A stretch of 64,000 nucleotides of DNA from Vitrella brassicaformis CCMP3155 (taxonomy: Eukaryota; Protista; Chromerida): NCBI GenBank assembly GCA_001179505.1, contig CDMY01000405.1:124001-188000 (forward strand). The letters run 5' to 3'. The notes under the pieces are model-generated. The model did not search any database. It was given only the letters and a program-made list of their open reading frames with translations, and was not told where the DNA came from. Positions 51,414 to 63,631 of this stretch are shown piece after piece. The translations under genes were made by a program, and so were the position numbers. The stretch's first letter is position 1; each line of letters begins with the position of its first letter.

Positions 51414-54178
51414 ATGGCGCCCGCAGAAGTGGGGACATGGCAGGGCGTCGGCCAGGGATATGAGCCGCAAAAGCAGCCAGGGCACAACGCAGAGGGCACC
51501 ATCAAGTACAACCCCACACCCGACTACACCATCGTCATCGATGCCCTTCTCAAGGAGAAATATCGGAGCCAGAAGACCCACGAGTGGGCGGACTGGATTG
51601 AGCACGCTCCCAAAGACACCCCGCCTGAAGAAGTGAAGGAGGGCCTCCACCTACTTGCCGATATTCTGCTCGCCCAGCCCGTCCCCACCCCTCCTGCATC
51701 ACGGCCGCCCTCACGCAGAGCCAGCCGGCCGCACACGGCAACGGGTTTGCGCGAGGACATTACCAAGGCGATTGAGGAGAGGTATGGAGGGCCGGCGGAT
51801 TCGGAGGCGGAGCAGGCGGCCCGTAGGAGGTGGGGGGAGATGACGAAGCTCAAGACGACATACCGGCAGGCCTATGGGACGGACAAGAGCAACCCCGCGA
51901 TGGCCAAGATGAAGATGCACCCACTGCACCACATGCAGGCCGACGAGGTGGGTGGGAGGGAGGGGAGGGGGGAGAGGCAGTGGATGCTTGCTCTTCTGTA
52001 CGTGTGTGTGTTGCAGTTGAGCTGCTACGACATTCTTAATCCGGAGGCGCTGCACATGATTGAGAAATGGAGGCGCAAAGCGAACGACAACGACATGGTT
52101 GGGAGACAGACACTCTGTTCCTCTCCATGAATCCACCGCCGACAGCCCAGCCCCTCCCTTGTTTGCTCTGCTCCCTGGTTGTGTCAGGCAAAGGTGACGA
52201 CGGCTCTCCATGCCCTCTCAGGCGTCCTGCAGGAGCCGCCCAGACGGTGGCAGTCGCAATACAAACAGGTAGGTCAGTCAGACAGACACCACCCACCCCA
52301 AATCACACAGCACATGCCTGTGTCTCCATTCGTGTGGCTGCCTGCCTATGTTATGTTGTCAGAACTATGTGCACGACCACCGTCACAACCGCGTGTCGAC
52401 GATGGCAGCGGACCACATCAAGGACAACGCGCAGTTCTCCACCCTCCCTGTCGGCACCCTCCTCTCCACCCTCAACAGCATTCACAGAGACAAGACGCTG
52501 GCCAGACGCGCCAGGGAAGACGCAGTCCGGAAAAGGACCAACATGAACACAGGTACGTACGGGAAGCGTCGCATTCACGGGCATCCATCCATCCATCCAT
52601 CCGGCCGTCTGTGTCGATCTGTGTCGATCCCAGATGAGTTCGATCGCCGTATGAGGCCGCAAACAGCCGCCCCGAGGTCCGCGTCGGCCTCTCCTGCCGT
52701 CAATGAGGAAACTGCAGCAGAGCAGCCCGCAGACAAAAGGCGGCGCGCCATGACACGGCCGACCTCCCCAGAGCCGGGCGTGGGGCGGCGTGAAGAAGAC
52801 CATCACCATCAGGGAGAAGAAGAGATGGTGCCTGCGGACCAGCGCAGCGACTACGTGACGTCGCACCCCTCTCTCGAAACCACTGATGCCATCCGCACAC
52901 TGAAGCGGACGTACAAGCACCCTCTCTTTGGCTATACATTCCCTGTGCCCCTCGGCGGTCGTGAGGGGTGTCTCATGCCCGGCGCCGCAACCACCTACAG
53001 CCATTTCGACCAGTTCACGCCCACCTCGACGGTCCTGGCGCAGTGGCTCAAGCTGCACAACAAACAGCCGCTGCCGAGACCCGAGCCGCACTCCATCGTC
53101 GACACATACAAGACCTTTTCCGTCAAGGAATGCGCTGGCCCGCCCCCAGCCGAGCTGGCCTTCTTCCCCACCACCCCATTCGACTACTCCACCCACCCCT
53201 GGGTGAAGTCCACCCACAAACGGCCTCTCAGCGCCCCGCCCATCCGCGCCAACCCGCCCCTTCTCTCGTCAGAGCCCGTGGTCATGTTCAAACAACTCGT
53301 GGAGAGGGACAGGCGCGCAGAGGAGGCCAGGCGAAAGCAGACCTGGCAGACCGTCTTAGGCAAGATGGAGGGGCTCAAGAGGGAGGAGAGGCGACAGAGG
53401 CGCACACGGAGGGATAGAGGCGGGCCGGGGAGCGGGGGGCGGCCGTACACAGCCGGCTCGGGGCGGTCTGTTAGCAGCGGCACGTCGGCCCGGGGCCATG
53501 CCTATAAGGGGTATTACCACTATGTGCAGCCGGAATTGTCGGTGAGTGGCCAGATGCCGCGGTATCGCTACGGCAACCCGAGGGCACCCAATGGACAGTG
53601 GGGGGCCCCGGTGGAGGCCCTCGCGCCGACGGACGATCGACGAGACAGATGGGCGGCCGCCAACCTCACGTAAGTCAGGCAGACAAAGGGGGGCCCTTGC
53701 TGTCTGGTGAATGCGGCACATTGGCTCTTCTGTCTGTGTGTTGTCAGGTATGAGTCTGCCCTTTGGCAGCCTCCAAGCAAGTTCTACAAGTCGCAGGGAT
53801 TCTACAGTATGGCGACGTGCACCAATCTATCTCTTGACCCTCCCTTGCTCCCTCGCTCCCTTCCTCCATGGCTGTTTGTTTCTGTGTGTGTGTTTCGTTG
53901 AGGCGGCTGGCCTTTGCGTACCAAGAGCACATACGCTGAGACATACCACAGACAGGCTGTGGCTCCACAGGTGGGTGGGGTGGGAACTTAAGACAGACAC
54001 CAAGGGAGATGGTTGACGTGCGTCACCTCCTCGTGTGGTGTATGGCTGCATTCAGTACTCGTCGATGCCGATAACGCAGCTGGCCAAAAGGAAGGGCGCC
54101 ACCATCAGCCAGCCTGGCCTACCTATCTCTCCCGACCCCGCCACCCTTCGTCGGTCCCAACGAAAGCTCGAAACGTGA
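51414..54178 (+). CDS. Hypothetical protein, candidate ciliary/microtubule inner protein (ends approximate)
   Basis: Long ORFs 51312-52130 and 52348-53673 joined by GT-AG introns. Motifs KTTYRQAY, QSQYKQNY and KSTYAETY. Start and final exon uncertain. Confidence 0.6.
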
Positions 54179-54938
54179 CCACACACACGCACGCACACAC
54201 GGAGGCAGACAACACACATAGCCCCGACGTCCCGATCTGTGTGTGTGTCTCTGTGGCTGTGGGATCAACCAGCCTGTTCGCCTCCGGCCCGGCTCACCCC
54301 GGCTCCCGCGTGTCTCCCGAGTCCCACCTGCTCATGTACAACAGGGCAAGGCAGCCGTCAAGGGCCGCCTCGCGTGCCGATGGCGTCACTCAACGGTCGT
54401 GTGTGAGCGAGGGGGGAGGGGGGAGGAAGATGACGCTGAGGGATGCTGTTGGGAGGCGACAGTGAGGGGGTGGACGAGAGGGCTGGGGTAAGAGGGGGAT
54501 TTGTTGTCTGCTGTCGGTTGTCTGTCTGACTGCCTGTTTGCCCGCGTGCATGCCGCTGCTGGTTGGTTGGGTGTATGTATGTATGTGAATTGGTTGGTCG
54601 TCGGCTGGCTGCTGCCGGCCTGCACTGCACGTGACACGTGTGTGCTGTCGTGTGCGTGTTGCGGATAGACAATGATCTTTGATTGCGGTGGAGAACGCAG
54701 GACACGGATGCGCCCACCCCTCGATCTTTCCTCTCTCTCGACAGCTCAGATTGCACCATGATGTGGACCATGTACGCTAGCTGCCTTACTTGCATAACTC
54801 GTGTGCTCAGTGCAGAGAGGGTGTTGACATCAGACGTCATCTCTCTCTCTCTCTCACAAATCAGTCTAAAGTCAGCTGGGGAGCCTTGGCGGCTCCACGT
54901 GTGTACCACGCACCATAGCACACACACACATCCCAACC

Positions 54939-56747
54939 TCACACGCGTTTTCTGAAGACGTCCTTGGCGTCTGAGGCAGTGACCCCCGGCTCTTGCTCTC
55001 CTCTGCCAGCCTCCCCCCCGTCGTTGCCCTCCATCTCGAACCTGACCTGCTCGTCGTTGGCCTCCTGCCCCTCTCCCTCTCCCTCATCCTCTTCGCCCTC
55101 GTCCTCCTCGACAATCTCCATTGTCCCTGTGCGTGTGACACAGACGCAGAGCAGCACGGGACAGAGGCAGCAGCTGATGCTCGATGCTCATATAGGTGGG
55201 TGGTGTGGTGGCTGGGCTGGTTGTGAGGTTATGTATCCATTGGCCAACTCACTTCTGCTGAGTGTGAAGTCTGGCCGGCGGGCCAACTCGGCCTCCATCG
55301 CCTGAAACGAACGAAGGAGGGAGGGAGGAATGTGGAGTGGACGAGTGTGTGTGTGTGTGTTGTGTCGATGTACCCACCTTTTGTCGTTCGATGGCCCGCC
55401 TTCGCTCCTGGTCGGAGACGATCTCCACCGATATGGCGTATGCACCCGTGTGCGTGCGGAAGGGGATCCGAATCGACACCTGCCCACAACGCACACAGGC
55501 AGTGCAGTGCAGTGGGTGCTGGACCACGCACATCACAGCACATACACACGTCCGTCACGTACGTCATGTGTGCCGACTGTGTTGAGCCCCTTCCACTTGT
55601 CCCTGTCTGGGAAGTCGATGTTGGACGGCAGCAGGTCCAGCTCGTGCTGGGTCGACAGGGCATCCAGGATCTGCCACACTGAGTGAGTGACACATCCAAT
55701 CCAGGACGCACCGCACCCACCAATGAATGCAATCGACAGACACACACCATGACCGCTGCGATGCTGCTGCTGCTGGTGGTGGTGGTGCTGTGGTCACCAG
55801 TGAGTGGTTCGATGAGTTCGTTGAGCTTGGTGTCGTGCGTCTTGAGCACAAACTGCAGCCTGCGGAGAGCAGATCAGATAAGGGTCGCTATGGTCTCATT
55901 GTCTGTGTCAGTCATGCATCCATCCACGGGCTGTGCTCACTTGATGTCGTGGACCCAGTCGAATGAGTGTTTCTGCTGCTGGTCGAGAGAGTAGCCCAGC
56001 TGAACCGCCTCGTGCTGCACACAAACACGCACACAAACAGACACACACACACACATATACTCTAACAGGGGCACGTGAAGACGGGGAGCTGAGAGCGTGC
56101 TGTGTGGGCAGGGCACCAACCATACCATGTACTGTGGGTCGGCGTGTTCGTCGATGTTCTCCCACGTACCCCACACAGCCAACTCATTCGGCACCAGATA
56201 ATGCCGCGCATACCTGGACAGACAGACAAGGCAGCCAAGCCGCACCCACCGAAACGGCCACATACGCACCCACCGTGTGTGGTGTCTGACTGTCTGGTCT
56301 GCGGCTTCTCACCCTCGCTTCACGAACACGACCTGCCCCGTCCTCCCGACGTTCTTGACATTCTGCAACACACACACACACGAGACCGCAACAAAACAAA
56401 CATCTGCAGTTTGTGGGTATGATGCACACAACAAGGCAACGCGCCTCCTGCCGTCCCTCCCTGCCACTGACCTCCTTGAGCACCACGGGTGCAAACCTGG
56501 TCTTGATTCTCGGGATCCACCTGAAGCGGGAGAGGGTGCCGAACTCAGAGATGGCCGTGCGGACAGTGGTGCGCTGGCAGTCCCTGCTGCACGCCGCCTC
56601 GGCACGGAGGTCGGGATGAGTGCGGCCGCCGATGGCGCCTGAGAGATCTTTGTGAGTGGCTGCCGTGGAGAAGCCACGCGTGCGGCTCGGCACTCTGGGG
56701 AGCCTCCCGCGAACGGTGCGATGAATCAGGCACCCCGTCGTCTCCAT
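54939..56747 (-). CDS. rpl9: Ribosomal protein L9, probably mitochondrial (bL9m)
   Basis: Arg-rich, acid-poor presequence-like N-terminus without a signal peptide. L9 N-domain PVVLKE/NVKNVGRTGQVVFVKRG/YARHYLVPNELAV; downstream exons lead to an acidic tail and a stop at 54939. Confidence 0.75.
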
Positions 56748-57517
56748 TTTTCCCCTCTCAAGTCAGGCCATCGCTGCGTTTACGATTGATGATCTACTCG
56801 CCAAGCAGCTCCCTCGCGGTGGTGTGTCTGCGTACGATCTACTACCCTGCTGTCAAGATGCGGTGGATGATGGGGAGGATGGCCGCCACGGAGGCGCGAT
56901 GAACGCGAAGTGGAGGCGTAGAAGCTCAGCGCAGGTCATCGACTCATCGGAGGCACTGCACAACGCCGATGAGTCGGTGGAGTCGATGACACATCGGATG
57001 GATGGACAAACAATGTGGATAAGTTCTCGTCTTGAGTGGTTTCTTGACTGACGTCATGCAGGTCTTGGGGCTCACTTCGCATGCCTTCACTTACAGTCAC
57101 TCACGGTTTCGCACACGCACAGGTAGGACACATATCCTTCCTCACCTGCCCATGTGACTGTCTTCTGACGCGTTTGTCTGTCTGTCTGTCTGTCTGCGCA
57201 TGCACTCGTTCGTTGGATCCGTGTGTCTGCTCTGCCGTATTGTGCGCCCACCGTCTATCTACCGCAACGAGACGAGACGAGACGAGACACAGTGCATTAA
57301 CTGTCAGGCTGTGACGGCGTCAGCCGCCCACCAGACACGGAAAGTGAGTAATCTCTGTATCATCCATGGGTGTGTGGCCCATTGACAGGCACGCACAAAG
57401 ACACCAGACGGACTTCTGGGTGAGTAGATGGCAAGCTACATCCATCCATCAGAATACGCATGTCTCTACACATCAAGGCGTGTATGCGCCGTCCATGCAG
57501 CCCCACCTCTGCCTGCC

Positions 57518-59200
57518 TCATGTGCTATCGACAACCCTGTCAGTGTATCGGAGATTGGCAGATCTCAGCCCGCGCTGCAGCGCATTGGTGTAATTGTGGA
57601 TCGCCTGTACGCCATGCACAAACATCTCAGCTAGCAGTGCAAACCGCATACGTATGTCTGGTTGCTCACCCCGACAATCTCATCGTCGCTCTGTTCCCTC
57701 GCTTGAGCCTCCAACACCAAACCTGAACAAGTCAAATATCCCGACAGCGCAGCGCTTTCTCTGCGGTGGGCGGGCGGGTGGGTCCGTGTCGTACTCTGTT
57801 TGATCTTGGATATCTCTTCCAGCACAAAGCCCCGAAACTGCTCTGTCTCGGTGTCGTCAGACCTGCATAAGGCGAAGATGTTCCGCAGCCGCATTGACAT
57901 GCTGATGCATGTAGGCAGCGAACATCGACCCTCACCTCATGAGGCCCTCCAGCTCCTTTCTCAGCAGCTTCAGGTGCTCATTCACCACTGCCATCGCGCC
58001 GTCCAGCTGACATCAATGAAATGCAAAGAGACATGTTCCGTTGTTCCCCACGGACACTCTTTTGCCGCCTCATCTCGCCACTCACAGATACCTGTTTCTT
58101 GAATGAGGTTTCGACTTCCTCTACCTTTTTGTCAATGACCTGGCTGCGGTCGTGCCGGTGGGTGCTCTCCGCATCCATGTGCTGACGTAGACGCACCACG
58201 GCCGCCTGCAGCGCTGCAGCATCCTTCTGCAAACGCACAAGGGAGGAAGGAAGCAGCAAGGGCGATAGCTACACACACATGCCTGCAGGTATGTAGGCAA
58301 GCAGTCCCACCTTCACGCGCTGAGGTATGTCGACTTGCATGGCCTTGAGCTCACTCGCCAGCACGGTGCATCGGTTCTCCAGGTTCTCAACGGCTGACTG
58401 ATACACACACGCACAAACAGAACGAGACATGGATGAACTCTCTTCTTCTGGCCTCTCCTGCCTTGGTTTGTGTGTGAGGCACTTTTGTGAGCTGCATCTT
58501 CTCTCCTATGTAGTCTTGGAGGTCTCTGAGTAGCTTGTCGGTCATTTGTTCAGTGTCGCTTTTGAGGATCTTGTTGACTTCCACCCGCCGCCTCACCTCG
58601 CTGTGCAAGGTCCGCTCCAGCCGCTCCAAGTCCTCACGAAGACCCTGCATGGCACACCACGCCGCACACACGTGTATGTGTGTGTCCAATCTATCCCCCC
58701 ACCTGCAGTCGGGTCTCCTCCTTGACCTTCCTCCTTCTGGTCTCCTCCCCCATCTCTTTGTCGAAGTTGGTGAGTCTCTCGCCCGCATTACACAGCTTCA
58801 GCCGCAGCCTTGCCGTCGGCTCCACATCATCGCGGGCCTCATCCACCCCACCACTGGTAGCCCCCGCTTTATCGCCTCCAACGGACTCGTGTGCCGCCTT
58901 TGGCGTGCCGTTTGCCGGTTCTGGCTGTCTGTGTATCCTCCCGTTGTCCTCTGCTCTTTTCGCCGGGTGGAGCTCGGCCTCTCCGTATTCGGTCGGGGGG
59001 GCGGTGGCCTCGACGGGCTGGGACTGAGTCAGGAAGGCCCCTGCAGGGGGCTCTGCAACAGAGCAGACAGCACAAGAAACCACAGCAGACCGATGTTGGT
59101 GGTGTGCGGGTGCAATACACTGCATCCATTCATCACCTGAAGGAGGGGCTTGAGCGGGCTGCAGCTCGCCAGGCGCTTCAGAAGGCTCCTCAGACGCCAT
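57518..59200 (-). CDS. SFA: SF-assemblin (striated fiber assemblin / beta-giardin family) with low-complexity N-terminal extension
   Basis: RLTNFDKEMGEETRRRKVKEETRLQ/GLREDLERLERTLHSEVRRRVEVNKILK, coiled-coil exons, and the family C-terminus LEAQAREQSDDEIVG/AIHNYTNALQRGLRSAN. The start may be the ATG at 59200 or 59290. Confidence 0.85.
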
Positions 59201-59408
59201 CGCTCGGCGCAGTCTTGTGGCCCCCGCGAAAAGATCGTCCTTGGATGCATGCATTTGATCTTGCAAACGCAACACTTTTTGGCGGTGCATTCCGACATCA
59301 AGACCGTCAGTTCGCTCTGCCGCAGGTTTCAGAATGTTCTGCTGCTGTTTCCCTCGCAAGTCGTCGCCTGCACAGGCCTCCCATGATGGCGCTGCCCGGT
59401 GGTTCGGC

Positions 59409-60583
59409 ATGGCGTTCATGCCGATGCTGATGTCGATGTTCGGCGCGGCGGCGGGCAGCAAGAAGAAGGCCGCTGAGGACCGGGCCGTCAAGGAGCTGGC
59501 CTACTCCCACCTGTTCGGGTACGAGAACCGCCGTCAGCGTGCCCACGGCCTGAAGGCCTACCTGATGGGGAGGGTGGGGATGGGCAGGCCGGCTGACGTG
59601 CGGCAGGGGGCGATTCCGTGGATCCTCATGCTGCACAACACCTTTTCACTCGGTACACCCATCGGCGGATGCATCTGCAGTGAATGCATCTGTGCATTGC
59701 ATACACATGTTCTTCTCATTCTCTGCAGATGAGTCCGGTGGGGGCGTTCAAAGTGATGGAGGGAATGATGCCCACGGTGAACATCAACAAGTGGCTGCTG
59801 TTCTCAAGTATGAGCGGATGCACAACACAGACACAGGGCCCTCACTCCTTAACACTCATATTGTGTTTGCCCTCGCTCTTCTGTTCTCTCATGTCAGTTC
59901 ACGTGACGGCTCTCATCTTCGGCCCAGAGGCCATTGACGACAAGGCCATTGAGGAGCAGCTGACTCTCCTAATCGCGGTCTTTGGCCATGATCTGATGCG
60001 GGCGCTGACCTTAGTGGTGCAGGGGGCCCTGCTGTTCACGCCGCTCGACAACGTCCAGGAGTGGCCCAAGGGGGTAATGGAGATGGCCGACATGGTGGCC
60101 GTGTGGAGCCGCCTCTGTGTCGGCAACGTGATGACACGGGAGGAAATACTCAACGCCTTCGATGCCCTGGCAATGAAGGAGATCATCGACGACATCACCG
60201 GCACCACAACAGGTGAGCCCCTGCACTCACCGCAGCAGAAACCCATTCACTGTGTGTCTCTGTTGATGCATGTGTGTGTGCAGTGGTGCAGTTCATCCGA
60301 GAGTGTGGTGTCTGCGTGTCGAACAGCGAGGCCACCACAAGTGAGGGCACAAAGGCCCATGTGAGCCGTGCAGAGAGCGCCTCGGCGGCCACCGAACCTG
60401 ACAACGGATATGAGAGAGATGGCGCCACATGTAAGGCAGCAACACATGGCACATTTCAATGAACACACGAACCTGAGTCTATTGCCTTCTGTGCCATCCG
60501 TCTTTGGTCAGATTATGATGCCATCGAAGGATGAAGACCCACACCAGGCTGAGCTAACATCCACTGAAGGGGTGTATGAGTGA
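59409..60583 (+). CDS. Hypothetical protein (5 exons)
   Basis: MAFMPMLMSMFGAAAGSKKK...KAYLMGR / MSPVGAFKV...WLLFS / IHVTALIFGPEAIDDKAIEEQL...DDITGTTT / VVQFIRECGVC. Splice phases are compatible and codons are GC3-rich. Last exon frame uncertain; no family recognised. Confidence 0.6.
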
Positions 60584-60599
60584 TACGACTGGCTGTTGA

Positions 60600-63598
60600 C
60601 AGTGGGTGGGGGTCATTGTGGGATTTGCTCCTTTGTCCGCCGTGGCTGCCTGCGGTGCCCATCGATGAGCACCTGCATGGCTGGCTGATGCGCAACCGTC
60701 TTCTCTCTCCTTTCTGGCTGCTGGCTGACTCTACCGCCGTCCCTTGTGCGTGTGTGTGAGTGCGGATGAGACGAGGCTCCTCGATTGGCGAAGAGACAGG
60801 AAGTTGAGTTGAGGCATGAAAGCATGCATCCACCGTCCGTCACACTACCTACCTTGCTCCCTCCCCCCATCCATCCATCCATCCATCGAACGACTCGTCA
60901 ACCAAGTCCCTCCCTCTGTCCCTCCCTGTAGTAGGGCACACCAAACAACGACCAACAATGGATGTCACTCAAGTGCACACACATACGAGCCGGCAGTCTG
61001 TACACACAACACAACACCACACAGCACCAACCCACAGCCACCCATCCACCACGGACGGCATCATGGCATGACACAGCTGACTGAGCGAATACAGAGAGAG
61101 AGAAAGGAATGCGATACGAACATGCGGGCTGGTCCCTATGTAATGCAGTTATGTACGTGAGCACGAGGTACGGATGGATGCACCAGGTCGCTATATACCA
61201 CATATACGTCAGTCAGTCAGTCAGTCATGTCAGCCATAGTGATGTATGCACCGCACCCATTTGTGTGCAGACAGACATCCCGCCCCCCCGCCCCTCACTG
61301 CCTGCGTGATTGATGTGGTGTACACTCACGCCCTCACTCCCTCCCTTCAACCCTTGGCTCCCTCCCACCGACCCATCGAGAAAGGCACAAACTTCCCTTC
61401 ATAATGTGTGCACGTCACGTCACGTCACGCGAAGGCCTCGATCGCTCAGCTCAGACAGGTAGGTGCGCGCACACCACACTAGGTCAATCGACGGCAGACG
61501 ACAGTGTTCCCCAAAAACAGGCAACCGACCAAACTTCTGACGACCCACTCTGACCCTCCCTCCCACCCACCCATCCATCCATCCTTCTTGCAGTCGGCCA
61601 TCGCCATCCCATCGACGGGGCACTTTCTACCCGGTCTCTCTCTGTCTGTTCTGCCTCGGTAGGTAATCGACACGCACGTCGTCTTGTGACCAAAAATAAC
61701 GCCACTCACGCGTTTTCGGTGGGGGAATCTCACAATGGACGACGGGCACGTGGACGGACATGTCTGTCACCATGGCATGGTACGGTGTGGATGTGTGTGT
61801 GTGTGTGTGTGTGCCCGGCCCCCGGCCTGTGCTGCTTGAAATATCCACGCCGTGCACGTCGGCCCATCGATCCATCCATCCATCGATCAGTAGGCCAGCC
61901 AGTCAGCCAGGCAGTCATGCAGCATAGGTACGTGGAAAGGCACCTTTGTTCCTTTCAGACAAAAATCCAAACGACGAGGAACGAACGAGTCGACAAGTGT
62001 GGGTGGGTCGGTTGTGTGTGTGCGTGAGTGTGCAGGAGGAGGGGAGGGGNNNNNNNNNNNNNNNNNNNNNNNNNNNNNNNNNNNNNNNNNNNNNNNNNNN
62101 NNNNNNNNNNNNNNNNNNNNNNNNNNNNNNNNNNNNNNNNNNNNNNNNNNNNNNNNNNNNNNNNNNNNNNNNNNNNNNNNNNNNNNNNNNNNNNNNNNNN
62201 NNNNNNNNNNNNNNNNNNNNNNNNNNNNNNNNNNNNNNNNNNNNNNNNNNNNNNNNNNNNNNNNNNNNNNNNNNNNNNNNNNNNNNNNNNNNNNNNNNNN
62301 NNNNNNNNNNNNNNNNNNNNNNNNNNNNNNNNNNNNNNNNNNNNNNNNNGGGGGGAAGGAGGGAGAGAGGGTGGGTGTAACAATGGGTGGGTGCATTAGT
62401 TCAGTTAGTCAGCATGTGTGTGTGTGTGTGTGTGTTGCAAAACACCAGCATGACATCAAGTGGGTGAGTTGATGCAAAAAAGAGCGAGAAGGGAGGCTTG
62501 CTATGCTAAGCTATGCTGCGCTTGGTTGCCTTGCTTGCCTTGCCTTGCCTGCCAGTCGCCACACGTGCACGCCGCACTACCATTCATTCATTCATCCATC
62601 CATCCATGAGTCGGCGGTGTGTGTCTGTAGTACGTCACATCCATAATGCTGCGGCCATCCTCGCTACCCAATCGGCGGGAACCGAGGGGTGCCGTCGCAC
62701 GATGAAGTTGAGGCACGTCAGGACACACTGCCTGCAGGGGAAACGAAGCCAGTGGTATGCATTATCGGCCAAGTAGGCAGGTAGGTAGGTAGTAGGCAGT
62801 GATGGTGGACTGTGTTCTCGGCACAGGTAGACAGGCAGGCAGGTGGATAGGATGGGTAGCTAGTTGGGTAGCTAGTTGGTTGTACGAAGGAAGGAACTAT
62901 GGGTAGACGTCGGTAGACGTCGGGCGAGCGATGCATACCATACACACAGACAAACATACATACATACGATAGAAAGACAAACAGACAGACAGACAGACGG
63001 CCTTTCCCTCGTTGACATCCATCCAATCCATCCATCCATCCATCCATCCGCCTGCCCTTCTGCCTGTCTGCCTGCGTGGCTCGCTGCGATGGGTATACAC
63101 TTGAGGAGTCGACCAGTCGGTATATATAGAGTATAGCGTGCATACCATACCTGCGATGGATGATACACAACCAATACATGACATACATACGTACGATCGA
63201 TCGATCAATCAATACACATTCACACACACACACATAGACAGACAGACAGACAGATACCCACCGATATATGCAAGTATGTATGTATGTCGCTGTCGCGCGC
63301 TACCTAAATGGGAAAGACTTCACGCACGCACAGACGGACGGATGCCTCTCTCCCTGCCTTCCTGCCGGTGCCAGTTGGTGTGCTGCGTCTGCCTGGTTGG
63401 TTGTTGAATGCCTCTGTACAAAAATCGACCTAAAGCACGTCCGTCACGTTGAGAGAAGGATGAAGCCAGGCAGGTAGGCAAACAGACAGAGGGGCAGGCA
63501 AGTTGGTGATTGGATTGTCTTGAGGGTAGACGTCCCCGCGCGCGCAGTGAGAGAGTCACATTATGCATCTAGATCGCAAAAACATACATAGTCAGACA

Positions 63599-63631
<33 letters not shown>

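Noticed and set aside
59290-59491. Bidirectional coding overlap between the SFA ORF (to 59491) and the plus-strand gene starting at 59409
   Set aside because: The upstream ORF extension is likely an antisense shadow of the plus-strand exon. Downstream ATGs (59200, 59290) give a non-overlapping model.
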